Shown: positions 12,401-26,005 of the stretch, in pieces
Layout: every line of letters begins with the position of its first letter
Position numbering within the stretch: position 1 is the first letter of the stretch
NCBI RefSeq assembly: GCF_009834535.1
Contig: NC_045696.1
Location: 116,872,001-116,936,000 of the forward strand
Origin: Camelus ferus
Taxonomy: Eukaryota
Length of the DNA: 64,000 bases
Reading direction: 5' to 3'
The notes under the pieces: model-generated
Seen by the model: only the letters and a program-made list of their open reading frames with translations
What the model was told of the DNA's origin: nothing
Database searches by the model: none
Translations under genes and position numbers: made by a program

Positions 12401-14324
12401 TGTCTGGGGACCTCACTGACTAGAATCACTTTAAGTAAAATTTTCAGCTAGGATTACCCAATATCCAACAGCTACTGTGAATTCAGACTCCACACCTAAA
12501 TGAGTGAAGGTTCTGATTAGGAATTCTTGCACAAATCTTTCCTCCTTTTTCCCGCTTTCCCCAGAATCAAGGTTTAAATAAGCACGTCTTCTTTGGGACC
12601 TCTCAGCCCCTACTCCAGGAGACTTCATAAACGTCTTCCTCTGTCCCAGATTTATGCTGATGACATCAGTCTGATCTCCTGCTCTGCTGAGGACCTAGGC
12701 TTTGTCGTTCTTCCTTCACCAACTCCAACATACCCCTCTTACTCATACTTTCTTTTTGTTCTTCGAATCTAATTCTTTCCCTTACTTTACCACCAGCACA
12801 GCCATGTTGTAATTTTAAAAAAACTGTATGCAGCAATTTTAGATATTCTGTATTAGGATGTCATCTCTGCACCTCTAGTCCATTATATGCTTCTTAATTT
12901 TATAATTAATTTCCTTGTAACTATGGATTCTTGAGAACTCAACAACAAACCACAATGGGTGTCTTACTTGCATTTAAAAAATACAGGAAAGACCATTTTG
13001 TAATCAGTGCTTTAACCCTACAAGAGAAGGTTGAGGTCTCCAATTTTCTACTTGTTACAAAAATGATAACGCTTTCCTCAGCGGTACGTGTGGGAAATAC
13101 CTGGCATGCTCGCGACTATTACCTGCTCTTATATTCAGCGTGACCTTAGAATAGTTCAATTATTGATTTTAGTGCCCCTCCCCTTTGAGACAAGATGCCA
13201 CCTCAAAAGGCTTTCCAACATAAAATTCTAGGAAGCTATTATCAGTCACGTGACATTAGGTCATGTAGAAACTCTTATTTGCCATCCTTGTGTAGATGCT
13301 CAGATCCATTTGATTTTTTCCCTGTCTGCTATTATTTATTGCCCTCACAAATTTAATAGTGTATCTTTTGATTCCAGCAATGATGTGTGATTGCACAAGG
13401 GTGATAGTCACTATGGAGGGACACCACCATACACTAGCAACAGACGTGCATTCCTTTAACGTAGGTAATGGAGAAAACTCCTATCTACAGATCAAGAAAT
13501 GGCTACACAGAGTGAAGGGCCAGCCAGCAGCACTCATGATGTGTTGTTCCATTATTATTATGTTCCACATTAAAAATTAAAATATTCAAAATACATAAAA
13601 ATCATCTTAGACTGACTTAATGTCTGATCAGTGGCTTAATGTCTGTTTTTAAGGAGAATTTTCAATATATATTTTCAACAAATGACTACAATTATCTTAA
13701 AAAATGTGACCAAACTGAGATTCTTAGAAACTGGAGGACAAACAGAAGAGTCAACAAGAACAAAAAATTATTCAGCAGCAGAGATTCTATTTGATGTGAA
13801 AGGACCACTCAATACCAGCAGTAAGGACACATTTTGAGAGGGAGCCAACTTTGATAAACACACGTCAAACGGTCTCTGACTTAAACTAAGCAATATACTC
13901 ATCAGATTGTGCACCTGAGAATGCAGCTTTAATAATTATGATATGATTATTATGAAAAAGCAAGAATGATGTGCTATTTTCTATCGCTGAAGAGCCATAT
14001 TTCCTAAATTGGATGTCATTTATGCATTCATTTAATCATCCACCCATCCATCAAATATTTATTAAGTACTTACTAAGTGGTAGACACTCACTCTATATGT
14101 ACTGTGGATAGGATCTTAAACAAGACAGGCAAAGCCTGTTTCCTGATGAAGCTTACATTTTATTGGAGTGGAGAAGAATTACAATATAAACTAACTTTTG
14201 AAAATGGTGTTTCATTTAGCCATACAGGCTATGCAGACAGTGAACCAGGGGATGTGACAGAGTGGCTGGAGATGGGCCCTTCAGACTGGATGGTCAGGAG
14301 GACCTTTCTGAGGCACGTGTATAA

Positions 14325-14485
14325 TGTGAAGTTTCTCAGACTCAGATGTGCCTATAAACCATCTTGATAGAATGCAGATTCTGAGTCAGAGGGCTGATGT
14401 TGGGCCTGAGATTCTGCATTTTTAATGAGCTCCCAGGTGATGCTAATGTGTCAGGTTCTCAGACTACACTTTGGGTGGTGAGGAC
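14325..14485. mobile_element. MER5A-like hAT-Charlie DNA transposon relic
   Basis: AATGCAGATTCTG...GGGCCTGAGATTCTGCATTTTTAATGAGCTCCCAGGTGATGCT...ACTACACTTTG. Confidence 0.7.
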
Positions 14486-14508
14486 TTTGAATAAGAAATG
14501 AGAGTGGT

Positions 14509-15163
14509 TAAAACTCCTGGGCATATATCCGGAAAAGATGAGAACTCTAATTCAAAAAGACATATGCACCCACAAAGTTCATAGCAGCACTATTTACAAT
14601 AGCCAAGACATGGGAGCAACCTAAATGTCTATCGACAGATGAGTGGATAAAGAAGATGTGATATACATGTATGTGTGTGTGTATATATGTATATATATAC
14701 ACATACACACAATGGAATACTACTCAGCCATAAAAAAGTATGAAATAATGCCATTTGCAGCAACATGGATGGACCTAGAGATTATCATACTAAGTGAAGA
14801 AAGTCAGACAGAGAAAGGCAAACACCATACGATATCACATATGTGGAATCTAAAAAATTAATACAAATGAACATATTTACAAAACAGAAAGAGACTCAGA
14901 CATAGAAAACAAATTTATGGTTACCAAAGGGAAAGGAGGGGAGGAATAAATTAGGAGTTCAGGATTAGCAGCTAAAACTACTATATATAAAATAGATAAA
15001 TAACAAGGACCTACTGTAGAGCACAGGGAACTATATTCAATATCTTGTAATAACCTATAATGGAAAAGAATCTGAAAAAGAACACATATATATATAATTG
15101 AATCACTTTGCTGTACACCAGAAACTAACACAACATTGCAAATTAACTATATTTCAACTAAAA
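14509..15163 (+). mobile_element. 5'-truncated LINE-1 (ORF2 C-terminus plus 3'UTR) with TSD
   Basis: [27 protein letters not shown] peptide. 16-bp TSD AAGAAATGAGAGTGGT (14493-14508) / AAGAAATGAGAATGGT (15164-15179). Confidence 0.92.
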
Positions 15164-17174
15164 AAGAAATGAGAATGGTAAAAAGAATTGAGGCAGGAAC
15201 TATCAGTTTCAATGACAATCACGTATAGGAGTTTGGGGAAGGAACTGAGACAAGTCCAGCCTTGTGTCCAACTCCTTTCTAACTTTCTCTCATTTGTTTC
15301 ATAGGAAGTCCCAGGGTATGGAGGGAAGATTCCAGCTCTGAGACTGGACAGTCCTGGATTACCGTCCTGTCTCCACCTCTTCACAGCACTGCGGCTTTGG
15401 GCAATTCATGTACTCTCCCTAAATCTCATTCCTGCATATTGTAGGACCATTGGCTAACCTGTCTGGCTTATAGAAAATAATCAGTAAATGATAGACATTC
15501 TAGATTGGCTGGCCCAACCTCATTTCCAAGCCCTTTCTATTTGCCTATTTCTACTATACAGGTGTAAATGTTTACACAATAGACCAAAAGAACCTTGCTT
15601 GCCTAGCCTTTCATGCAGGTGGCAGAGTTATGGTCAATGACATGCCCACGGAAGTCCCTGGCAGGAGGCTGGGGGTGGGGCAGGAGGCAGGACACTACTC
15701 CTCATACAAAGGCACAGCCTGATAGGAAGAAGCCCTTGGCTGTCCGACCTTCATTCCTCTTTCTGTCTGCACAGCAGATTCGAGTCCTGGTGCAGCAGGC
15801 ATCTTACGACCACCAGCTGACAAGTGTGAGGATGGCAAACAGCAGGATTAGGACAGGTGGGCAGAATGGCAAAAAGAGCCAGAGGGCCGCCCAGTCTTGC
15901 TGCATTGTTGTTCCAACCATGGGCTTCCCAGCTCCAGACTCTTAAAAATATGAGAAGAATAAGCCCTTACTATTTAAGCTCATGTTAGGTTTTTAGGTTC
16001 TTGTAGCTAAATGCATTTGATATCTAATTACTATTCATTACTATTGTTTTCTTCTGAAGCTGCTTAGTAACAGGAAAAGGCAGGTGCGGTCTAAAACTTT
16101 TGCCAGTGTACTTACTTATGCCAACCTGCCAAAAGCTAGACTCCCAAGAAACGTCACTGCACTGAGTCCTGACCTGTATTACCACCGAGGATAACGTGGA
16201 AAGCTTCACACATCAATCCCCACGTTCTCCAGGCAAATGTGAAGGGCCCACTTTCTAGAAATGGTCATTGGAATGTCCCAGGTCTGGGGCTGAATAACCC
16301 AGTGTCAACCATCACTTCAAGCCAAATCTGGGGCACCCTACAAGAAATAACCAGAAATGACTGCATGAGTCCCTGTGCCTGAAAACACAAGGCACGAATT
16401 GTTACACTCCGCTGCTTTGAATGGAAAACCAAATTAGCACAATGAACGAACTGCTGTGGGAAAGTTTGGAAAATTGAGACGCATGCCACTGGGTGCAGAG
16501 GACAGGAACATTTTTTATTTTATTATTTTATTAAAATTTTTTAAATAAAATTTGTTTTCCTATTTATCCATTATTTATTATTTTTTAAATGTTTTAATTT
16601 AATTTAATTTTTTTTTACAGGAACTTTTAAAACAAGCTCAGCACCGTCACAGAAGCAAAGGCCCTTCCATCACAGGAACCCATCAGCGAGTTTTACTCAG
16701 TGTCTATTATGTGCAGGGAGGCCCAGGAGGAAGGGAAAGGGAGGTGAAGCGGTCTGCCAACTTCAGGGCCTTCCCTGGTGTGGGAAAGACAATCAGAAGG
16801 GTTAAGCCAGCAGCGAGGCACCTCAGGGTCTAAGGGAAGGACCCTCACTCTGACCTAAGGTGGTTCAGACAAGTGGCTACAAAGATGTGGGATTTTCATG
16901 GTAAAAAGAGGTAACAAAGATGTTCCATGTGAGGGAAAATTGGAGGACCTAGGTATGGAGGAAAAACGAAAGTGTGACTTTTATTAGCTGAGCATGAACA
17001 GAACATCCTGGCTTGTCCAGAAACTTCCAGAAGGTGAGAAGGTGGAATAGGGGTTAGAAAGTGGATTGTGGAGAGCGTCATAAACTGATTCTTAAGTAAC
17101 CAGAACTTCAGACCTACTTACTGTGAACTAAGAGCATTTCGGATTTCGATTTGGGGTTAAAAGAGGAAATGCCC

Positions 17175-17421
17175 TCTTGCTCCCCCCCACATGGCCTTTC
17201 CTCCGTGCGCGAATGCCCTGGTGTCTGCCTGCCTGGGACCAAACCACCTCCTCCTTATATAAGGATATCAGTTTGACTGGATTAAGTTCCACCCTAATAG
17301 CCTCATTTTACCTTAATCACCTCTTCAAAGACTCTATATACAAATGCTGTCACATTGTGAGGTCCGGGGGGTTAGGACTTCAACACGTGAATGTGGAAGG
17401 GACACAGCTCAGTCCATAACT
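17175..17421 (-). mobile_element. MaLR LTR fragment (MLT1A/B-like)
   Basis: CTTATATAAGGATATCAG..GGATTA..CCTCATTTTACCTTAAT..GGGGGTTAGGACTTCAACA..CAGTCCATAAC. Confidence 0.75.
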
Positions 17422-17894
17422 GTCCCCAGATCAGAAACTTGGAATTCATCAAGTCCTCCTCTTCCCTCATCTCCTGTTGCCAAGGGCTACCTGTCCTAAC
17501 TCTGAACTCTATCCCCACACCATCCAAACTCTTCAGAAAGACATAACAAAATCTTCAAGTTTTAAGCCACGCCTCCTATGCCTTTTATAATGTACTCCTG
17601 GACAAAGGTCAGCTCTTTGTTATCTCATCTCCAGCAGTCAACATCCCTTCCTGTCCGTTTACCAAACTCCACTCCTCCTTGACGATCTGCTTCAGCGTCA
17701 TTTGCCCTGTGAAGCCCTCCTGGACACTGCTCTAATTCTTGCTGGCCTGACACTGTCTTTTTACCTTGTCTGGGAGGAATTTACCATTTCTGTCACTCTG
17801 CTGACACTGAACATACTACATAGCAAATACTGAATCTCTGTTCCTCAGAAGACCATGAGTTCTTTGGAGAGACAATAAAAAAACCTCCCAATAA

Positions 17895-18335
17895 AAAGAA
17901 TGTATACTTTGGAGTTTGTATGAGCGTAAATCCTGGTTCTACCATTTTTCACTATGTCAACTTTGTCAAGTTACTCCAATTTATGAGTAAATCAAAATGG
18001 GAATAATTCCTATTTCATAGGGTTATAATGAAAAGCAAATGAAGTAATCCATCAGTCTGAAACAGAGACTCAATAAGCTAGCTATATTTATAAAACATAT
18101 GGAATTTAACAATGACCACAACTCTCCTCTATTGAGTGTATTCCGTGTGCTTTGTGATTTGCATATATTATTTCTTATAAACCTAAGATAAGTGTAGACA
18201 TGTATGATTACCCCACTTTATAGGTGAAGGAACTTAGTCTCTGGGAGGGTAAACAGTGTGCCTAAGGCCTAACAGCCCGCGTGTGCGGAACCAGGATTCA
18301 AGCTGAGGTTCCGATGATCCAAACCATACTATCTC
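17895..18335. mobile_element. Two MIR relics in opposite orientation
   Basis: AATCCTGGTTCTACCA..AAAATGGGAATAAT..ATAGGGTT (+), then TTACCCCACTTTATAGGTGAAGGAACT..CCAGGATTCAA (-). Confidence 0.55.
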
Positions 18336-20121
18336 CATTTTGAAATCTACAGACAATAATTCAATCCTGAAGGCAGACTGGCAGCTCAATAAATATTTTT
18401 TGAATTGTTTAACTCATTATTAACCCACTTTTACATTATACTGAAGTTTCAAATAAAACCCAAAACAGTGTAGATATTAATGATAAGTTTTTTTTTTAAA
18501 CAGAAGTACAGTTTATATCTCTCAAACGAAGTCCATCATATGAGCCTTGGTAGGCAATTAATCTAATTCACATGAGCCCTATTTCTAGAGCTTAGATGAG
18601 CTTCAGGGATACATTTGCAAGGAAATGCTGTATCAGGTCACATCAGGCCACATGCTCACCCACAGTTTTCTAGTGCTAAGATACAATACTGCTCCAATTA
18701 CATAGTGACATTTTAAGAGTTTTCCAGCACATCTTGACGTTCTAAAAATACCATACACTAAGGTGTGCCTTTCCTGAAAGACATGCTATTAATTGGTGAA
18801 TTTTAAAGTATTTTACCCTATTAAGAGCTGGTAAAAAAAGAGAAATATATATCTAAGTATTTTTCGTGATCACGACCATTTTATAACTACACTGGCTTAC
18901 AATGAGTTACTCTGCCTCTATTAAAATACTTCATTACTTTTGTGGGACATTCATAACTTAGCAACAGAAAAAGAATATTCTTGAGTGTTCAGTATATATT
19001 AGAAGTAATACTTAATTTTATAGGAAATAATCATTTGAGGAACAGAGTCATAAAGCTGTATGAAGATTTAGGGACTTGCTATCAAATACTTCAACATTTC
19101 TAAAATGTACTCTATACAATTCACGTTAAAAGTGGTTTTTGATGTTTCTTTCTTTAAACCCTACAAGAGATAGTCTCTGTATTTTATGTCTTCTCTAAAC
19201 AAAATTGGACTATGATTAAGCATAGTTTCATACATTTATTTAAATAGAAGTGTAAAACCCACTTTTTTATGATGAAACTTTGGATGAGAATAATTGTTAC
19301 TGGTTCCACAGAGTGTTTAAACACGTACCTCCACCCCTCAAGTGACAGGTGCAACCTCTCCTGGGAAAGCAGCTCTGCTAGTGGAACACACCTGGCCTCC
19401 CTACGGCTCCTTTACTCAGTTCTTCCCAGGGCAAGAGGAGGAATTGATATGATGGAGTTCGGTGGGAGATGTTGGCAGGTAGGGGTGGCCCTTCCTCTTT
19501 CTTGGGAGCAGGTGCCTTTAGGGGGCACCTATTCTGCTCTGGTCCTCCAAGCTTTAAGTTATACCGTGGGAAGCTCTGTCTCTGCCCCAGTATTAGCAGC
19601 TGAGAGGCCACGCTGCCAACATCTGGGCTCACTAGGAGGAAGTCCATTGGCCACAGGTACATGCCACGCTCTCTGTTACCGGTTTTATCAGAAATAAAGG
19701 TGACACGTTGACCTCCCATCCGCCTTAATCTTACTACTTTCTCAGTTGGTTCAGGACTTGGGTGGGGAAAAGTATTTGTATCGAGCTCTTTCAAGCCCCA
19801 AATGAATAAGTGTATTTTACTCCTTTTATCCGCTGCAGTTTTCCAAGAGGGGGAGCCCCCCCATCTACAGACACAAGGAGCATAAGACAATGGTGATGAC
19901 CGAAATTATATGAAACCATTAGCTATGGTCTTCATGTTCAGTGCAGGGCAGGGTGCTTAAACTGCCCCCTTGGAAGCAAAAAAAAAAAAAAAAAAAAAAA
20001 AAGCCATAATTTCTTTCTAAAGATAGCTTTATATACCTATCTATGCACATAAGTGAGCATACATAATATATACACACATATATCTAATACCTAAATAATA
20101 ATGTTATTCAAATATCCTTAC

Positions 20122-20808
20122 TGCAGCATAATAAGAAATATACTTGGTCTTTGTCCCCTGTTCCCAGCACACAACTCTATAACCCTTGGAATCTCCGGGA
20201 AGGTGAGGGTCTTTCATATGCTAATGAATGTTTTGGTGACGGGGGGGGGGGGGAGGGGGAGGCGGGTGCCCTAGATGGTTCCAGCTTGGGAGCTCATTGC
20301 CAGAAAGACCGAGGCAAGATTAGAGGGTTGGTACTTTTAGCTCCCCCCATGCTGACCTTCTTGGGAGGAGAGTGGGGCTAAAGAATGAGCTGATCTCCAG
20401 TGGCCAGTGATACAATCAATCACGCCTACACAACGAAGCCACCATAAGAACTCCCACGGAACAAAGGACTGGGAAAGTTGATGTACACGGATTGGTGCCA
20501 GGAGGGTGGCGCACCCAGAGAGCCCAAGGCAGCCCCTTACCCCTCTTCCCTCTGCTGCCCTATGCATCTCTTCCGCCTGGCTATTTCCCAGTTATATCCT
20601 TTTTAATAACGTAAGTAAAGTGTTTCTTATAACTGTGGAGACTGATGCCATCTCTGGATAGTGTCAAAACTGAATTAAATTACAAGACACCCAGTTGGGG
20701 TCGGGAGAGTCATAGAAATGCTTGTTAGTTTGGAAAAAAAAAATCTGCATTTGGTATTAGAAGTGTTCCGAGTCAGTACAGTTCATACTTAACCTTTTGT
20801 TTTCCTAT
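20122..20808 (+). mobile_element. LTR, MER21-like
   Basis: TTGGTCTTTGTCCCTGTTCCCAGCACA..AACCCTTGGAAT start; ATGCATCTCTTCC..TGTCAAAACTGAATTAAAT..GACACCCAGTTGG..CATTTGGTATTAGAAGTGTT end. Confidence 0.7.
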
Positions 20809-21861
20809 AAAACCACAGAGGAAAGTAAAAACAGAAACCAAAACTGTGCACACTGATCTCCACACTTTCTCTTCTCTCACTGGACATGACACTTGCTCTA
20901 ATATCCAAGTAACTATCGTTGTCAGACTGCTAGCCCCTGCCCCTTGTGTATGTAGAATATGCCACAGTATTTAGTCATGCAAATACATGAGAAAACGGGG
21001 AGGCATTTGCAAACAGTTCAAATGACAGACGTTGGAGGTGGGGGCATCAAATCATGATGGTTCTCCACCTGTGTTGTCATTTCAAGAGGCATAATATATT
21101 TGAAACGCACATAGATTTTTAAAAAGACATGGCTGTTGAAAGGTCAAATAGCTGGTTCACATAAAGAATTTATCAGATAGGAATCCCCACAATAACAGTT
21201 GCTTTTTTTCTGGTCACTAAAATATCTAATCCAATGTCTGTTTCAATGTAATCATGTAGCGTTTTTTTCAGTGTTCATTTTTGTCTGCTTACATGAATGC
21301 AGGGAACTTCCTAATCAGCTATAAACAGAAGATATAAAGTGAGCAATATAAAATCTTAGGATCCTTTAGAGATCATTGAAAAGCTTGTTTGTGTCTTAAA
21401 ACAAATGATTACACTGCTACTTAAGACAAGACACAGATACACATTTGCAGTGATCCACTCTAACAAGCACCAGGGTTCTGAATTTTGTATCTAACGTTAA
21501 ACCTTGCACTTTGCAGTTTTGAGCTACAGCACTTGAGGGGAAACGGAGAGCTGTATTTTTAATCATACCATTTTAACTTCACTTATTGCTATCAATTTAT
21601 TTTTTTCCCCAATAAAACAAGGTGATGTGTCTCTTTATATGAGAAACTGTTTTCCTATCTTCATCACATTTGGATAGGAATACAGACTTCTGGTTCCCGT
21701 CAAATGAGTCTTTATTACAAAGAGAGGAATGCAAATTTGTGAGAGTCTGTGATTTTGGAATAGGCACCAAATCCAGACTGCTAACAGTTATGAATATTTA
21801 TCAGTTGCTGTTATTAAGAAGATATTTTTTCCCTCCTGGAGTTTTTGAGTAAACAATTTCA

Positions 21862-22098
<237 letters not shown>

Positions 22099-22474
22099 TC
22101 ATTAGCGGTACAGTTAATAAAGTCCTCACTGTTTTCTTCTATCCCACAACTCCCTCCCAAAATCTTAAAAATGTCAGTTTTTAGATTCCTTAAATGTCTA
22201 ACCCAAATGCATATCTCTTCGTTCCCAAGTGAAGTGCTTTCTCTGAAAATAAGGCAGTATTTTAAACAAAAACACTTGTCTGTGCTGAGATATTTCTGCT
22301 GACGTTGCTCAAATTGTCTTTTTTCTTTGAATGTATTGATGTGGAAGCATTCCACTTTATGAAATTTTGCCCCATCCCACCCCCAGCACACACTGGTTCC
22401 TAAATAAAGACCTTTGTTTGCTATGAGTTTGCTAGACGTTTATTTAGTCAATTTAAAGATCAATGCTTTGTGCA

Positions 22475-22970
22475 CAAGAATGGCTAAAATGAAAAAAGAT
22501 GGAAAATAACCAAGTTTGGGGAAGGATGGACAGCTACTTGAACTCCCCTACACTGCTGACTGGTTGCAAATTAGCGCATGGAATTTAAACACTGTTTGGC
22601 AGTATTAAGATCTATTCTCACAATGTAACATGGTACATACAGCAAGGTGAATGAGTAATACACAATAATTGACAATCGAATGGATGAATATAACATAATG
22701 GTGAGCAAAAATAGCCAGACACAGAGGAGCAGGTCCATTTAAATTAAATACAAAAACAGGCAAAAATAATCTAGGATGTTAATCAGTTAATGGTTACCTC
22801 GGGGAGACTGTGATTAAAAGAGGACACAGATCGGGGAGTTCTGAGAGGTTGGTCCAGTTTCATTTTATGACCTTTCTGTTCAGGTTTTGAAAACACATCA
22901 AACTCTACACTTATGCTCTGTGTATCTTTCAGTATATATGTTTTATTTCAAGAACATATTTTTAAAAGTG
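22475..22970 (+). mobile_element. Old LINE-1 3' end (L1MC/ME-like)
   Basis: AGAATGGCTAAAATGAAAAAG..AACCAAGT..AAAAATAGCCAGACACA..AAAAACAGGCAAAA motifs. Confidence 0.65.
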
Positions 22971-25900
22971 ATAATCAAGTTCAATTCTGTTTTTTGAGCA
23001 AAAGAACCATGAGAGATATCATTGGTAGACCCAAGTTCAAACCTAAGGTTTCTATTTTGAAATGTTTTTATATATTTTAAAATACATATTTTTAAAATAT
23101 ATTAAACCTCCTGTACTAGATTTCCTATCAGAAAGCATTCCTGAGCAGAATCACTTGAAAATGATGCAAAAGTTATTGTCTAAGAACTAGATTGTTAATC
23201 TATTCACACATAACTTTTCCTTCACTTTTCTTTTGATGGGGAAAAAAAACTTTAATAATGCGAATTTCCATCTTGTTTGGGAGTTGATTTCAAAGCTGGG
23301 TATAAAACAAAGATAAGAGAGAATCAGAAATCTCTGATATTTTAACTTGTTTTGTATATACTTTATTAGACCCCACAATTTCCAACACAGCTGATGAATC
23401 CATCCAGCCTCAGAATCTATCATTTTTTCTTCATTTGAACACCAGATGAAACAGTTGATTTGTATTTAGGGCCCATTTGACATAAAAATCATCTTTTATT
23501 ATAGCTGCTACTGTACTTTTTGAAAAGTGTGGTTAAACACACATGCAATAAATGTGTGTGTGATGCGCTTCTACTTGTAAAGTGTGCACTGAGTGTCTGT
23601 CTGCTCCCTGACACACCCTGATTGTCTGGAGTCATGATTTCCTTCTCGCTCTTTTGACTCAGACCTCTGGTTTCTGTTCCTTCATCTTCCCCAGTATCTC
23701 TGCCACAGCAATCCCATCTCGATCCCGCATCACAGGCTCCAGAAGACCTAGGATCTCACCACGGCTCCCGCATTCACTGGCCACGTGACCCCGAGGAAAT
23801 CCGCTCACCTCTCTGGAACTCAGTTCCCTCTACTGTAATAGTCTCACATTCTTCTGTCCAGGGGTAGCTTCAGTAGCCCAAGAACGTGACATAATAAGTC
23901 AACTCTATTGTCTGTGACTAATGAGGAAACCTCATAAATGAGCCGTGTCCCTGGCCCAGCACTGTTCTGATCATCCCAGGGTGGCTTTGACTTCCAGTTT
24001 TTTCTACAGCCACCATTTCAAGTTGGGGGCCATTTTCACTAACGCTGTAGCCCTGGAATAAACAAAAACGCACTGGGCCGAGCTGTCAGTCAGATCCTAG
24101 AGATGGCAATAGCGGGGACTTGGAGACTAGCACGAGTCTAATATTTCGGTTCACGTTTTAAAGCATCTTTGTCAATTACCTTTCAGGAACGTCACCCAAA
24201 TCAGAACAGAGGCCATTAATTGTCCTGAGAATCCATTTGACCTATGCACTCAGATAAGCATCATTGCTGTCCCCACAGAGCCTTTGCACAGGCGCACTGG
24301 TGCATTTTGAGAGCCAAAAGCATAAAATGAGGCAAAGGCCAAGGAAACAGCTGCCAGCAGGACAATACTCTCCCATCAGCTTTGACGCACAGGTGTCACT
24401 GCATTTTGTGTCCTGGAAAAGTGCAAAAATCACTCTGAACTTTGTCTTTTAAGTTACAGTGAGATGTGGTCTTTGACATAGTATAAATGCAGTAAAACTT
24501 CATTAATATGGGTCTCTCTAAATTCAAATTTTGTAAAGAGTTGGCATGAACTAGGTTAATGTCAACCTTCCATTGCTTACATGACAAAAAAAAAGTGTAT
24601 TAGGGAAAGTATGTAAGAGACATGTAGCCTATTTTGTTCCTTCCTTTCCTCCTCCCTCCCTCCCTCCCTCTTTTCCTTTTTTCTTTCTTCTTTCAGCTGC
24701 TCCTTCATATTGATCCACACCAACTTCCTTCCAAATATGGCTTTGGCTTTGGGTACCTCTAAAGTTAGACAGCAAAGCATAAGCCACTCACTTCTTCCAG
24801 ATAAAGAGGACAGATGCCAAAACCTACCAATCAGGTTCAAAGCAAGGCTCTTCACGCTTAATTTGCTCACTTATCCTTCCCTTCCCTGCTGTCTTCAATC
24901 CCTCCGCCCCGCCCTCAGACAAAATCTCCAACCTTGCATGACTGTAATAACTCAAAGCACTTCCCCCGGGGTCTGCCTCGTCCTCTCTCAGCCATCAGCA
25001 CGATGATGATCACGCAGCATCTTTCAGTCCACAGCAAATCAGCCCTGGTACCATAAATCCATTTTAGCGTTAAGGAGGGAGGCTGAAAATCCCTCAGCCT
25101 CACAACCCAGACGTGGGAAGGATTCTCAAACGCAGGGTTAGAGGGCAGTAATCTTGTGTCAGTTTTGACTCCCTCTGTGTATAGCAGCAGTAATTAGCAT
25201 GTGGGTTGAAATCTGCCAGGATTTAAGTTAGTAACACCTCTAATTTCCATGGATAAATACAATTCTTGGGGGGAGAAAACAGGGTTTATACCCTACATGG
25301 TAAAATGTATTTTTGGAATTGCAAAATAATTACACAGAGTTTAAATCTGGCGGAATATCCCAAGTCTCCGTTGTCGGTACTTTTTCTTGATTGGGAAACA
25401 AGGGTGTGAGAGAATTTGACCTGCTAATAGTTACAGCTGAAAGACACATACTTTCCGTAGGCCCCGCCCCCGCAAAGATTATATTTGGCAATAAGCAAAA
25501 ACTAATGATAAGGTTTCCAGTGGTAGTTCACAGTTTAATAACTTAGTATGAGGAGGTACAGACAGAAAGAAGACGGAGTCGTGAATCGTCCCCTTCCCCG
25601 CCGGGATGAGACACACGTTGTATTTCTCAACATAACGCAGCAGCGGGAAGCGGGCCGGGGACCCTTTGCATGGCATGCTCCTGGTATCAAGCAGGGTTTT
25701 GATTGGATCTTAAAGGATAAATACTCATGACCTTTAGTTTTTGAACTGATGACTCCGATAGTGTAACATCCGGAGTGTTTTCAGCGTCTGGATCACATGA
25801 CCTCAACACTTTCAGGTGCGCCTCATATGTCACAGTAAATCCGACGGGTCCTGTTCTCTATAACCGTTGTCTCGGTGCTACATACTCAATGGCGTGAGGA

Positions 25901-25985
25901 CAGGTTGGGCAGTTTTTAGAAATTAGTCCAGGAGGTATAACATTGAGGGGGAGAGGGTGTGGGACAGGGGCTGCGGGTGTGTCAA

Positions 25986-26005
25986 CAAGCCACCAGGGGG
26001 CTGCA
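25986..26005 (+). promoter_or_regulatory. Candidate CTCF motif
   Basis: AAGCCACCAGGGGGCTGCA closely matches the CTCF core CCACCAGGGGGCGC. Binding is not demonstrated. Confidence 0.45.

Noticed and set aside
16638..16658. Possible REST/NRSE site TCAGCACCGTCACAG (similar half-sites near 2790 and 28792)
   Set aside because: Only the left half-site matches; the GGACAG half is absent or mis-spaced.
19269..19890. 142-aa and 170-aa ORFs on opposite strands
   Set aside because: No recognisable domain or splice context; consistent with chance ORFs in intronic DNA.
20241..20266. G-run with G-quadruplex potential (also 48105-48118, 32874-32886)
   Set aside because: Homopolymer expansions, mostly within repeats, with no evidence of function and unreliable length.
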